Below are positions 49,201-62,548 of a DNA stretch of 64,000 nt, one piece after another. A program made the translations under genes and the position numbers. Where the stretch lies: assembly GCA_973895155.1 (NCBI GenBank), contig OZ316892.1, forward strand, positions 27,676,307 through 27,740,306. The letters are read 5' to 3'. The notes under the pieces were generated by a model, which ran no database searches, was not told where the DNA came from, and saw only the letters and a list, made by a program, of their open reading frames with translations. Position 1 is the first letter of the stretch. Each line of letters opens with the position of its first letter. The stretch is from Marsupella aquatica (taxonomy: Eukaryota; Plantae; Marchantiophyta).

Positions 49201-49914
49201 CCGGTAGCTCAATTCAATTCATGCCTTACCTTCAGGCAATTTCTGTGGTTCCACCGCTTCTCCCGAGTCAATTCACATTGTCCTTATAGAAGGATGTTCG
49301 TTTCCCTTAATTACACCCTTGAATTTCTGCCTGATTGTTGCTGCTCCTTCCTTGGCTTCTACGTAGATTGTCCCTGCATTTTGTATCCTTATGAGAAGGA
49401 CTCCCATGATGACACCGGGCTCCTAGACAAACTTCCGTAGCACTACTTGCTTTGTACTCAGAACTCGCCCCTACTTCTATGGTATCCCGTCTTAAGTGTA
49501 CTTATAACAAAGCTCCAGTTTCATAAATCTCCAGCATTGTGCCCTGCCCTCCGTTTTGTCTGAAATTTTTCCAGTGTGTCCCTTGAACCTAAGACTATGT
49601 ACTTACTAGATTTCCAGGTCTAACTCTATTTGGAGACTTTTCTATAATTCTGCAGAGTAGACCATTTGTTACTTTCTACTTTTACTTCTTGAGATTTCCT
49701 AACCTATCCTAATTCAACTAGACTTTAACTAAGACCTTCCTAACTATCCCTACTTAATCTCCTTGACCCATTGTGCATCAGTTTACTTACTTTAACCTTA
49801 CGTCTACTTCTAACTGGGGTTACTTCTAACTATAGTTAGTCCATTTTTAACTTTAGTTAAAACTACTACCTAATTTGGCATCCGACATTCTAAGTCTTCA
49901 ACTCTTGTTACAAC
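46300..49914. mobile_element. Possible large LTR-derived or degenerate retroelement segment
   Basis: Non-coding, C/T-skewed segment with AGC-rich tracts, ending ...TGTTACA at about 49911. No TSD, PBS or pol remnant confirmed. Confidence 0.25.
46965..47249. mobile_element. 285-bp MITE with 8-bp TSD (hAT- or P-like)
   Basis: TSD CTCCAAGG at 46957-46964 and 47250-47257. Termini CTTGGGGGGTTGACT / AGTTAACCCCCCGAG, internal inverted arms ACCACGTGCGATCC / GGATCGCACGTGGT, AT-rich interior. Confidence 0.88.
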
Positions 49915-50191
49915 ATTCCCCTGCAACATTCCCCTGCATTCAAGAAATCAAAATTTTCCACTCTTACTTTGAATGATTGTTGAAGGTTGGGGGGAGATTC
50001 AAAGCTGGGAAGCTCCACGTCTTCTAAGATGCTTCCATATTTTCCTTTGTTGTGACATGTTAGTATATATTACGAGCTCTCAAGCACGCAAAAAGCAATG
50101 CAGAACTTAGATCATTCCATTTTCAAGATAGGAACTTGGAGATTTCATCAGCTGTGGAAGTGCTCGCAATCTTAGTACGCACAATTAAGAG

Positions 50192-50575
50192 GGTAGAACT
50201 GCACACTCATAGTGAGTTGTGTATTTGTCACATTTTGATCAGCTTAGGTAGTTGGGCTCGATCAGGACCGGACTTCATTGTGTGAAGCCTGTACTCTTGT
50301 GTATGTCATTTGGTAAGGTCTCTCAAACTCGGTCTGTGCTTTGCACTTGCTGCCAAAGATCACTCGGTTTTCAGTCCTTAGAGGTTAGAACTGTGCACCC
50401 ACACTGAGCTGTGTATTTTGTCACGTTTCAGGCTGGGCTTGGACTCGAACCGGACTTCATTGCTTGCTGGATATACTCTTGTGTGTCATTTGGTAAGGTC
50501 TCTCGAACTCTATGCTTTGCACCTGCTGCCCGGGCTGCTGCCAAAGATCATTTGGGTTTTCAGTCCTTAGAGGGT
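50192..50575. repeat. ~190-bp imperfect tandem duplication
   Basis: TAGAACTG...GTGTATT...ACCGGACTTCATTG...GTCATTTGGTAAGGTCTCTC...CTGCCAAAGATCA...TTTTCAGTCCTTAGAGG occurs twice. Confidence 0.8.
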
Positions 50576-53500
50576 TTAGAGTGTATGTGGCGGATGCATT
50601 TTTTTCTCTCATTATTTTTGTTGACTGATGCTTAAGATGGTGATCGATTGAGTCCAGCCACCTTATTTGCGCTGTTGACTCATGCATGCTTAGATTCCTG
50701 ATAGAGTCTGCATTATTTGTACTTGTTCTGATCAAATTGATCGATCAATTCCTAGCTTGACCTCATTTGGAAATCAATAGGGTCCAGGCATGCTCTTAAT
50801 TAAGATGACTCTATTTTGGGCGCTACATAGAAGCTTCACGATAGACTCGGGTCCCCTATTTGTGTTCTTAGTGTACAGTTCCCTGTCGTTTGTTGATTGA
50901 GATTGTACGTGATCTATGTTTTCAGTTTGCCTGAGGGGTCTGCGAAATACTGGGGAATTTCCTTTGGTGATCGAAGCACTTGGTTTGAAGGATGCAATTC
51001 CTTGAGCTAGTTTGAGGAAGCCCGAGCTCTGTTGTTGTATGAGACATAATTCAATCTATGAAGGTGTCGGGTGGAGTTTGATATGCAGCTTACGGTGTGA
51101 GTGCCAAGGCAAGTTAGCTAGGGTGCGTTGTAGCATCAGTGATGGAGAAAACTTCCCAACCCCTAATTGTCTGCTGCACATGCAGATATCAATGTTCTCA
51201 AGATGTAAACGGCTATAGAATGATCCCGGTCTGGATGCAACCAGGAGATTGCATGCCAAAAAGGACCAGATGGAAGAAATATTTAGCACTAGAAATAGGG
51301 TTGTCTCTCCTTCTAGTATTGAACAAGGCGCTTCCCATGATTATGGGGTCGGCCAAGAACCAAATCCAAACTTGAATCTGCCTAGTCTTTTGAGGAAAGC
51401 CAAGTGTACTTGTCATTTGTGTGGTGAACCTGGTCAAATGATTCCCAAAGTAACTCAAAGACGACATATGAGTCTTAACAACTTTTCTCATAGAATGTTA
51501 GAACAAGAACCCGTAACTGGTCTTTGGGGAAGTTCATCATGTCAAACTTGAAGGAGACCAGGTCCTGGACCAGGTAATAGAGGGATTGCAACATCGATAT
51601 CCTTCCGAGCCAAATGACAACGAAATTGACACTACTGCAATGCCAAGTGCAAACTCCCCTCCAAATAAAGAACCAACAATGCAATCAGATGATTTCAGAG
51701 CTTGGATGACACAATACTTGAGACAGTCATAGAATTGTTTTCTGTGTTGGATCAACACAAGGTAAGTATTGCATGCCAACGAAAGGTGCTAAAAATATTA
51801 TACCGCAACATTCATAAGGACTCGATCAGCTGGAGGGACAGGTAACTGGGACAACACTAGTCCGACAGATTACCGAGGGTTATCTTTGACACTGTTATTC
51901 ACTTTGGCGGGTCCTGATTGGAAGGGTGGTATAGGTGGAATGGCTGCTCCAAGAACTTGGAACCGTCTAATGGAAGTATACCAAATGAATGGTATGCCTA
52001 TTCTAGACAAATGGCTCTTGTGCACAAGAGAAAAGGGAATTGGACACTCTCCGGTTGTTTCTCAGTACTCAGATGAATTTCCAGTTTGCCCATTGAGAAT
52101 TGTGGGATAAAAAAGTCTGATCTTTGTAAATTTTCCTACTTGCCAATAGCAAAATTTTTAACAAGTCTACTATTCCAAAGTCAGACATTTTGTGATGAGA
52201 TTTTGCAAATGTGGTGGAACCAATCACACTGGTTATCAAAGGAAGGGGGACTTTCAGGGAATAGAACCGCCATATATAGATGAGTTTTGGCATGGGAGTA
52301 AGCTCCAGCAATATAGCAAATTTTGGAATCCAGAGACTATATGGAAGTTACCAATCATTTGTCCAAATGGTAATTGCAAAAAGGCATACAGAATATGGCC
52401 AACTATATGTGACAAGTTGGATGATGACGACAATTTTGAAGAAGCAAGAGGATTCTACCACTTTCCATGTGTGGACTGTTATGCTGAAATCTATCAAGAG
52501 CCTATTGATGTAAAGGTAACCTTGCATACTTTTTGTGGAATCAACTCGAATCTGATTGATTCTATACTCAGACATGTCTTTCCCTATATTGTTAGACACT
52601 ACGTACGTAGGGGAGAAGCCGCTTCTTAAATTATAGTACATGAAAGTGACTAACGTGTGTCTTGTTTTGTTCATGTTTCCTGGGGTTGATCAGGGCTCTC
52701 CATTTAATATAGCAATAATGGGGCATTGGGATGGATTTCAAGCGGCTACTACTGTTCCGAAAGATTGCTGGACTGTGGAGATTGTTATCTTGAATGGTGG
52801 TAAACACCCACTCCCAAACTCCAAAATAGCTCAGCCTATTCCTTTACTCTTCATTCCCATGTCATCGAAGTTGCTGCAGAAAAAGAAGAAGTATCACCTA
52901 TTGCAAGCATTTTTGAAACCCCTATGGGCAGACTTAGTTTCAGAAATGTTTTGTTGATGGATTACCCATCAAATTTAGATTTCCCGTTCCTTCTTCCTTG
53001 ATGTCAGATCCCTGGTCAGATCATAGAAATGATGAGGTCAATGTTCGAGTGATGGTCATGAGTTGGACAGGGGATGGGCCAGCTCAGAGTAAGATTGGCG
53101 GGACCTTGTTAATGGGCTATAATGGTTGTCGATGTGACTTGTTACATTCTGAAAGTATCATGGCAACTACAGGGAAGAATAAAAAAATTGTCATTTACAA
53201 TCACAATAGACAAGCAGTTAGGATTTCACCTGTGAGACGAGATATTCAAGCCATGCATTTTTTCGGCAAGTGTTTAAGAGAGGCAGCAAACGACAATAAA
53301 AAATCTGAGTTCAAACAGCAAAGTGGATTGTCATTCTACTCTGACAATCATGTGGTCCCTATATGATCTTTATGAATTTGATCTATCACTGGATCTTGTC
53401 CACGATCCAATGCATGGTTTATCATTAGGAGTGCTCAAAAGTTTTAATGACAGACTATTGGGCTCTTGTAATGCTCGAGAAGTAAAAAAATTGATGAAGG

Positions 53501-53792
53501 TCTTAGCACATGTTACCAATCATCGACCTGCCGGATTAGGTGCACGTTGGCCATGACCACCTCTATATGTGAAAAATCTAACAGGTCCAGGATCAAAGTG
53601 GAAGTTCTCAAACTATAAAGCGGAGGAACATGTGCTTTTCATCTTATATTGTACAGCGCCTATCTTGGAGGAGTTGGGACATGGTCTTGGAACTCCTCTC
53701 GGTGCAGAAGGCTCTTTACTTATACATTTAAGTAGATTGTTTTTTTGTGGTTTCAAGAAAGCAAGGATGGACTAGAGACATGATACAAAATG

Positions 53793-56700
53793 TGTGATGC
53801 CGTGCCAGGATCACGAAGTACTTAGTTAAGCCTAAAATAATGGCTAAATGAAGATTAGGTAGATAGAATTGCGGGGGAAATAAGGATCGAAGCCGATTGC
53901 AACGAGTTCGGGGGAAATTATGAGGGGATCAGATCCAACGATCGCGATTAAGTGGGATTAGGGTTATGACCTAATCGGGGCTTGATCAGGTAAGCCGAGG
54001 CCAGGAGAGGCCGGTAGTAAGAGCTTCTAACAGAGCCCAAGTGAACGGACCCGTGGAGGAAGGTCAACCAGTAGCAGCCCAACAATTTTCAGAGGAAGAG
54101 ATCGGAAGCTTTGGAGGAGAGGCCGGCATGTTAGGTAGTCAGGTTAATGTGGATGATTACGACGATGACTATGTCGATCACGGGGAGAGGCCGGTACCAG
54201 GAGTTAGAACGATGGGAAGGTTTTGTAGAAGACTTCCCGCAGTCTTCTATGGCAAACCGGAGGACCAAAAAATGCCAGAATCTCCTCCACCAGATGTAAC
54301 GCCATTGGAATTTGACAAGATGAAGGAAGCTGAAGTCGGGCTACATGAGAAGATTAAGGAGTGGGGGGCCCGGAATGCAGAACACGAATGCCAACTACCA
54401 GGAGGAGAGTGGCCGGAAGGAATAAGACAGCTTAGTGAGAGGCAACCCGAACCTCTCACTGACTTCGATCAATTACGGGCAGAAGCTTGGGAGAGACGAC
54501 CTCGATGGCAGATGCCAGTATCACCTAAGAGGTCAAACTATGCAAGAAATCGGGCTAAAGAGTATGGAGACATGTGTGGACTCTTAGCCTTAGAAATCTT
54601 CGGCAACGAGTTAGGATCCGGGCCATTTCTTAGAAAGGAAATGGCTGATCAGACGAGACTGGAGGAGGCAATGACATTGGAGCGACTGAAGGAGGAAGTA
54701 ATCGCTCAACTTCGCTGCATGGAGGCCGAAGTTGCTAAGACAAAGTTTGGTCAACCAACTCAACAGGATCTCTTGGCTAAACAACAGGAATTGGAAGTGG
54801 CAAACAACCAATTGGAAAACTACCAATTGGATAACCAGCAGATCAAGGAAAAGTTGACGAAGATAGAGTTGGAGTTAGCCGATTCAAAAGCAGAAGTACA
54901 GGGTTTAAATCTCCAAGTTGAGAGGCTCAGAAAGACGGCTAAGGAGCAGGCCACCCAGAGCAAGAAGGCCTTGGCAGAAGCCAAAGGAAGTATGATAAGT
55001 TACTCGACCGGTTGGAGGCCATGCGTGAGAAGCATGATGACGCCATGTGCACGGCGGCCAATGATCACCTAAACCGGGTTCAACAGATACGCAAGGAGCT
55101 TCAGGAGGAGCTAACCAGGACAAAGCAGGCATGGACGAACGAGGTCACAAAACTGGAAGGTATCAACGACTCCTTAAAAATAGCCGTAGATAAGAAAGAG
55201 TTGGAGATCGTGCAGATCTTAAATGAGGAGCTGAAGACGGCCAGGGCCGAGATACTACGGCTTAACGATGAAGTTGAAGACGTATCTCAGGAATTAGAGG
55301 AGGCCAAGGATAAGGTGATCGGGTTGCAGAGGCGTGCCGACAATCAAACGCAGAAATTGAAGAAGTATGTCGAAGCGGGATATGGATCACCAACTGAAAG
55401 GCTTCCCGTCAGTAGTATGGTAGGCAGAAATATAGTGAAGCCAAAGCCGAAGCCAAGCTCCCTGATGACAAGCGTAACTGAGGGCAAAGCCATGCAATTG
55501 GTGGCAAACTTGGCAAAGACGTTCATGGGGCCAGGCGATAATAAAGTTAAGGCCCTTAAAGCCACTCCGGAGGAAGTCGAGAGCATGGCCGCTCACATTT
55601 GTGGTACTATGGCCTTAAAGGCAGCTGTGGTAGAGGTAAGTATTGCGGATCAACTTGGAGCTGCAGTAACAGGTTTAGACGATGGTACTGCTTCTATGGA
55701 CGCACAGAACGTGAAGCCGTGGGTTATCGAGACCGAGCGCATCGGGGAAAAGGCTTGGATTGAGGAAGTTAAGGCAAAGGCTCTCCAAGCCGTTTCCCAG
55801 GAGGATGCGGATGCGGATGCCGATGCCGAGACCGAGGCTGGGGCCGACAAACCAGAACCCGAAGTCGAGAAAGCCGAAGGGGTCAGGCCGGGGCCGATGG
55901 CAGGAGAAGGTGCAGAGTCGGAAGATTCGGACTTTCCCCCGGTCATCTGACAATTAAGGAGAGCCAGTCATCAGTTGGAAGGAGGACGTGGTGGCAGGAG
56001 AAGGGCTTGGGCCAGAAGGGCGCGGCCGTTGTAGGAGGTGGACAAGGCGAGTAGCGCCCTGTTGGCTTAGGTAGTATTTGATGCTTGGTCCACACAGGGT
56101 TCCGGGCTAGTCAAGTTTTTTAAGTGATAGTTTTTTGGTAGGATTATCGTTGTGGAAGGCCGTGTGTGGTGGTTAGGATTTCCGTTTGTTTTTCCCTGAG
56201 TGCGCTGCAAGGATAAAAACCTGGGCAGCGTGGCCCAAGGGGCTTTTTCTTAGTCAAGGCTTTAGTGTAAATCTGTATTGTTCTGTACAGGAAGCTCTCG
56301 GCTAAATCTAGACCGCAGGGTATCAGTGAATCACCAGTTACATTGGATTTTTGAGCAATTGTTTGAATTGAGTTGGCCTCGTTGCATAGTTCGCAGATTC
56401 TTGCCATCCAAGGAAATTGAGTGTTATGATATCTGTTGCTTGATCGATTAAAGTCAGATAGGGTGAACTGTTGAGCAAAATACAATCGCATTGTCTTGAT
56501 TGGAGACTGCCCAATCAAACTCTGAGAGAAAAGTGAGGATTGAGAGTGTTAGTCGGTGAAGTGTGGGTTGAGTCAGTCTGAAAAAGACCTTCAGCCGGCT
56601 TAAGAAATTAAGCCGTAGAGGTACATTCCGGGGGCGGAATACAAATATACTTGAAGAAGTTAAAGAGGAATTAGGTGTCTCAGTTGTGCACAATTCACAA

Positions 56701-56859
56701 GCCCAGTGAAAAAATCGGTCCGGTAAGTGTGGATCGAAGGAGAGGATCGCGTCTCCAAGCCGAATAGCTGCCAGACGGCAAGAGGACGGACGTAAACGAG
56801 TGGTTTATGATCGACAGAGGGTAGTTCTTGGGGTTAGAGGTCTTGGAAGACGCGCCACA
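53793..56859 (+). mobile_element. 3067-bp TG..CA element with 5-bp TSD (solo-LTR-like)
   Basis: AAATG|TGTGATGC...GCGCCACA|AAATG, with TSD at 53788-53792 and 56860-56864 and imperfect terminal inverted ends. Removing it restores the host transposase frame. Confidence 0.88.
54041..55950 (+). CDS. ~600-aa coiled-coil protein carried by the TG..CA element, with one frameshift near 54985
   Basis: Overlapping ORFs 54041-55072 and 55012-55950. Long E/K/Q/L heptad region with acidic termini. One extra A at GCCAAAGG would join them (AK-RKYDKLLDRLEAM). Confidence 0.65.
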
Positions 56860-59069
56860 AAATGCAAGGCAACATTTCTCAGCCTGGCGAGTGCTTACAG
56901 AAGAAACTTATGGAGCAAACGGCCGAATAGTGGAGCATGTCATTGGTTGGAAACTCTTACTATATATCTTCATATGTTGTTCATATTGTTGGTGTACGTC
57001 TTTCAATTTCTCTGTTGTGTAATAGACTATTTCATGATTCTAGTTTGAAATATATGTGCTTATATCTTGTGTGTGTACTTGTCTTGAATGTGCAGGGAAT
57101 GGAGAATTGTTGGATGATATCCATAGACATGGTCACCATGAATTTTCTGGTGCTATAGTTTTGAGCGCATGGTTAGTGGTTATAACAGCATAAGTACAAA
57201 TCAAAATCCAATGAGCTGAGTTATGCACAGTACTTTTGCCGCCAACTCTTTTCAGAGTTTTTTTTTCAACTACAACAGGACAAAGATGGGTTGCACAGAG
57301 ACTAAAGGACATTGGGATTGTTACAAAGTTCACTGTATCCCCGCATCATTGGAATTCCAGCAAGAGCCGTTCCATGCTCCATATTTTACTCCAAGAAGGT
57401 TTGTGTTGTGACCAGCATAGAAAAAGCAAACCAGTTATAGACATTACTGCAATTTATGAACAAGACTGACTTGCCATCAGTGCAAGCTACTACAAAAGGA
57501 GTAGGTGTTGGGTGACAAGAAGGTGTGGAGGTTGATGTTCCTCTTGGTGGAAAGACATCGTCATGTCTTAGAACTTATTGGTCAGACCAAAGCCTTTTGA
57601 ATCCTCAGAATGATAATCAGCTGAGAGACAGGATAGAGATTCTTCGGGCTGTTCTTGTGAATGGAGTGCTCTATAGAAAGAATGATTTGGTGGTGGTCCG
57701 GAACAATAGGAATGACAAATCAACCTTGAAATGTAAAATCAGGTCTTTTTTCCTCCATACATTTGATAGCCACTATCAGATTTTCTTTGATGCACTTATC
57801 TACGCTCAAGTATCAACAGCAGGAGATAATGGTGAGGAAGTATTGTTTAGGACAGAATGTACAGACATGGAATTTTTTGGGGATGAACCAGGTGATGCTT
57901 ACGAGACTAATATATTTCCAGTGAGGCACATCCTCCATCGATTCATGTCTCATCCCACTCATTTAAAACCAACAGGCAAGAAAGTGAGTGTGGCATTTGA
58001 GTTTGATGACATTACTCCTCGTACTCATCTACTGATTCCTGGGCGACCTGGGTGTTGTCCTCCTTAGCCAATGTGCAATGATGTTGTCATTGTTTCATTA
58101 TCCCCTGGGGAGAAAAATGCACCTTTGCATTTAGCATCAATCACTTCAGTTGACCATGGTGATCTAGATGGCGTTGACAAAAATGAGATTCACAATTGTG
58201 ATAGAACACTGGAAGTTGCTTGGTTAGTACTTGATCATTCAACTTACCATGCTGAAATATTCAAGGTGAACTCCATCAATCGGGTCTTTACTTTGCTGTG
58301 GAAAAACATTTTGACAGTGTTGGATCCTTCTTTATTTGAGAAACAACACTTGGAAAGTTCCATCACACAGAGTTGGATTGCATCACATGATTGGACAAGA
58401 GGCTTGTATTTGACAAGTTCCAGGATTCAAGGTCCACCTGTACAAGAAGATCCATATGACAATTATCAATATCTGATAAAAGACTATCGGTAATTAATCA
58501 ATGCGTTTCTTTGATGTTGAAATTTCTGCCATATTTGGGCCTCACCTTTGTAAGCTATTCTTGCCTGAGGTTACTAGGATCAAGTACTTATATTCGGCAG
58601 TTTTTTAGTTTTTGTGGATTGTGGCTGATATATATTGTGGTCTTGGGTTGGGCACAGGTGATACGAGGTGATGATACAAATAGGTGCTGCACCCTAATCT
58701 CAGTACATATATGTCCATTTATATCTAAGTTTGAATTGATTGGGCAGCTTCGTTTGTTTGGTTTGCTAGTACACTGAAGCTCTATAGTGTTCACGAGAGT
58801 GTTTCGATCTGGAGAGTGTTTGCTACTTACGAATATAAGTACGGGTTAATTGATCCAAGCCGGAATGACACTCTCTTCATGTGGACCCGATTGATGTATC
58901 TAGAGTATTGTGTGCCTACAATTAATTGATCTAAGCCTCCTGGCACGTCGAATTGGACGGATATCTAGATGCGCTTGGGCTAAGGTGTAAAGTTGATGGA
59001 TCAAACACATTTAATTTCACACTTAAGACTGTAGACGTTCGAAGAGTGTAAATCAATAAAGACTTAATT

Positions 59070-59293
59070 GCACTTGGACTTTAGGTGTAAAGTCACTTTA
59101 GCAGTTCATTGCACTTGGACCTAGGTGTAAAATCACTTTAAGGCTTAATGGCACTTGGACTTTAGGTGTAAAGTCACTTTAGCAGTTCATTGCACTTGGA
59201 CCTAGGTGTAAAATCACTTTAAGGCTTAATGGCACTTGGACTTTAGGTGTAAAGTCACTTTACGACTTAGTTGCACTTGGACCTAGGTGTAAA
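59070..59293. repeat. Subterminal-type tandem repeat (~40-bp monomers, 81-bp dimer x3)
   Basis: GCACTTGGAC(TT/C)TAGGTGTAAA occurs 6 times. The same GGTGTAAA core recurs at the terminus near 59377-59403. Confidence 0.9.
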
Positions 59294-59403
59294 TTTATTC
59301 CCTAGAGCATTGCTAAGTGCAAAATATTTTTAACACCTCTAAATGACACCTTTGAGTGCATTTTTCAGAGAACTTGGGTGTAAACCACGAAAGTTGCCCT
59401 GTG

Positions 59404-60041
59404 GCAGCAGTGTTGGTATCTAAAATGGCAAGAAGAGATTCAATGAAGTTTTCGTACGGGGCATGTCCAGGCCTGAGATATGGATTCTCCCGAATTGTAC
59501 ATCTTTGCAATCCTTTCGCTGCCAGGACCTTCCTCAAAGTTGGGGTGCTGCGGATTCGGTCCAAGGCCATCACGAGTACCTGCCTCAAAATACATGAAGC
59601 AAAACTCAACACGTACATGTGGCAAGAGCACACGGCCTGCCTCGATCGGGAAGAAGGTTTCTAGCTTGTACAAGTTGAGATTGATCGCCAACAACATTGA
59701 GCATACAACTCCCTGATTCGAAAAATTGTACATACCCGCCGCCGAAGCTCCTGATCATTTGCTTTGGCCACGATTGTGATAAATGTCATTGGATCCCACG
59801 GGAACTCGATGATGATATCCAATTCTCTAGGTCGGACTACATCGAGACCTATCTGCTACATTCTCTCCCGATCAGCTCGGGAAATGGCCTGCGGTTTTGT
59901 AGGATTTGTACCACTTGAGACTGCATCGAGTATGTTCTCCAGAAGGTCGAGCTTCTGGAGAGAGTGGAGTCTGCCTTCTTTGTTTTTGTGGTACACACCC
60001 ACACGAGAACGCAAGGAATTCACTACAGGCCGCGGAACCAT
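59404..60041 (-). pseudogene. A': truncated pseudogene paralog of gene A (exon 1 60041-59736, exon 2 59579-59404)
   Basis: MVPRP..SLRS.V.VYHK.KEG.LHSLQKLDLLE.ILD and VLVMALDRIRSTPTLRKVLAAKGL match gene A. In-frame TAG at 59856-59858. Homology stops abruptly at a CACAG-type transposon end, and the catalytic exon is absent. Confidence 0.85.
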
Positions 60042-61039
60042 TCCGCTTGGTGAAGACTAACAGTGGTCACTCTACTGTAGTTGTCTGCAGTCGGCGAGCA
60101 AGATGGTGTCTAGATTTCGTTTGAGTCTACAGGAATCAAGCGGTCAGCCTTCCTCAAGGAAATCCCCACTAGCTACCTTTCAATTTCGATCTGTCTATGC
60201 TATAGCTCTTGTGGGTACGTGAGATGCTCGACCTGGCCTCGAGAGAGCGACGAGCTGTTCGGAAACAAATTGAAGGTGTGTCCGCGTACTTCCGCGCACT
60301 ACCATGAGAGAGGATTAGAAACACATGTGTCAAAGATCAGCAGAAAGCCTGTGCGTGGCTCATATACGATTCTTATCATGCCTAGGAAGCTGGAGGTCTG
60401 ACGAGTCTCCTGCTGACGTTTTGGCTCTAATTTTGGGGTGCTGGGTGATCGAAGATCTATCCATTCTCTATTTGCCAGCGTCCCCTATCTGCAGCTTCCC
60501 AGAACATCCGTCTCCTCCCTTCATACCCGCTCCAAGCGCCTAATTTCGTAAAAGCAGACATCTAGAGCAGTAATCTTCCGCCCATAGCTTTGTTGTGTCG
60601 TCGATAAGCAGGGACAGATTGTATATTGTTCGTTACTTCCTATCACGTTCCAAGCTTCTCTAGCTTGTTCTGGTTTGAGCTTTGCATTCGATGGCGTGCA
60701 TGGTCCTTCTGTGTGCGTTCAGTATAATTTAGCGAAATCCCTCCAGACATCTGGTCAGGTCGCAAACTTTCGAAGCGAGTTTGCGAATCTGGGGAGAAGA
60801 GAAGGGCCATCGTGAGCTTACGGGAAAGTCGGCGAAAGAGCGCTGGGAATGGATCGGGATGTTTGGAACCGTTCTCAGCAGTTGTGGAGAAGAGACGGAG
60901 TGATGGAAAGTGTAGGCACAGCACGAGGAGCAGAAGGAAAACTGGGACTCCAACTTCTGGAAACGTCGAGAACAGTATCGGTAGCACAATAGAGTGCTCT
61001 ACATTGTAGTTCAGTTTTGGCGTGAACCAGGATTTCATA

Positions 61040-62548
61040 TGGGTACGGTTTTGATCAACAATCACGAAGGGTTCCCAGTTTTACCAGACGCTCCCGTTCC
61101 ACATGGTTACCTTGCCCTCGATGAGTCTCACCGCATGCCCTCGATAGACAAGGATGTGGACATTGCTCGATATGTTCCGGATAGAGTAGTGAAAGCTAAC
61201 ATTGAAGCCGGAATCTGTGGAATATCCTGTGAAAGTTCGCGAGAAGCCGGACACGCTTGATTTGGAAAGGCTGAAAGCAAGGCTTTTTCGTCAATATGAG
61301 GACGACCGGATGGCAGTGGGGCAACCTCTGTGTTGATTATACTGTGGACAAGATGTAGTTTCACAGTAGAACAGACAACTACAGGGGAGCAGGCTGTTGA
61401 GAAGACAAGTGCTCTCTGGACCAAAAAGAGATGCCTGACCTTGGAAACCCCAGACGACTCTGGAACGTCGATTACTACGTAACAAGATACATCACGACTA
61501 CTAATCAAACAGGCGGACAACGCACAGACTTATTCCAAACAAAAGAGTTCAGCTTCCAAAAGCTGGTATTGGTGGCCTGTATAACGAGTTTGAAGATATA
61601 ACGAGTTTGAAGATACATTTCAGGGGGCATTTGCATCACGACTGTTTCCACCAGATGAAAATTTGGCATCAAGCATCTCAAGGGTATGCTGCTTTGGGGC
61701 CCTCCAGGAACAGAAAGACTCTTACAGGCCCACAATCGGCAAGATACTCCGTGGTGAAGAGCCGAAGGTCGTCAATGAAACGGAAATCCTAAAGAGTCAG
61801 AGTAGAATGCTCAAAAGCGCAGATGCTAAATATGACCAATAGACTCGTGGACATGTCGTCTTGAATAAAACTGATGCAATACACAAAGCTAGAGGCCCTG
61901 TAACAAGTTCGACAAATGACCTTATCGTTAACCAGTTTCTCATGACGGTAGATGGTGTGGGCTCCATTAACAACATTCCGTTGATAGGAATGACCACAGA
62001 TTGGACACATTATGAAGCTTTACTTCCGCTAGCCCGTTCGCAAATCCAAATCAAGATTGGGTTTGCCAGCTGGAAAAAGACGTTCAAATTCTGCAAATTC
62101 ATTCAGGCGAAATGAAACAGAGTTCGATTCTTTAAGATGACTGAATGCCGTGCATCCTGATGCGAAGACTAAGTATACTAAGGAGCTGAGTTGGAGGGAC
62201 TAATGAGAAGCGCGACCTCTCAGCAAGGCAATGGATGAGACCATATAAGTATCGTTGTCCGACATTGAAAGAGCTCGACATGAAACAATACCTGATTTGG
62301 GGGCAGATTCTGGAACTTTGGAAAGGTGCAGGGTGCGCTCTATGTTAGATTATGGTCCAAAGAAAATGACCGTGGTCAATGCAAAGATTTTGGTTGATGA
62401 AGTGAAGACTGGAATTGACCATACTATGCTCGCCTGCGTTCTAGAGGGCCCCGCCGGCAGTGCAAAAACGGCTCTAGCTGCAGCGGTTGCTGCAGAGAAT
62501 ATGGTGGGTCTTTCAGACAGCACAAATGTGAAATGTCACCATCTTTAA
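61040..62548 (+). pseudogene. NSF: Intronless, heavily mutated vesicle-fusing ATPase (NSF/Sec18) pseudogene, probably a retrocopy
   Basis: GIKHLKGMLLWGPPGT (D1 Walker A region, about 61665-61710), VNQFLMTVDGVGSINNIPLIGMT and AKILVDEVK...LACVLEGPAGSAKTALAA...AENMVGLSDST (D2) occur in NSF order, with stops and frameshifts and no intron-sized gaps. Confidence 0.8.

Larger units (their letters stand above)
51200..58493 (+). pseudogene. Decayed CMC (EnSpm/CACTA-like) DDE transposase, split by the insertion at 53793-56859
   Basis: Motifs GHWDGF, AFLKPL, TGDGPAQSK..GYNGCRC, DPMHGLSLG, YKAEE and FWCYSFER (about 57145), then a VNGVLYRKNDLVVV C-terminal segment. Many stops and frameshifts. The frame joins across the insertion as WTRDMIQN|ARQHFSAWR. 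Confidence 0.8.

Noticed and set aside
54975-54995. Programmed -1 ribosomal frameshift in the coiled-coil ORF
   Set aside because: No proper X XXY YYZ slippery heptamer; a simple 1-bp deletion is more likely.
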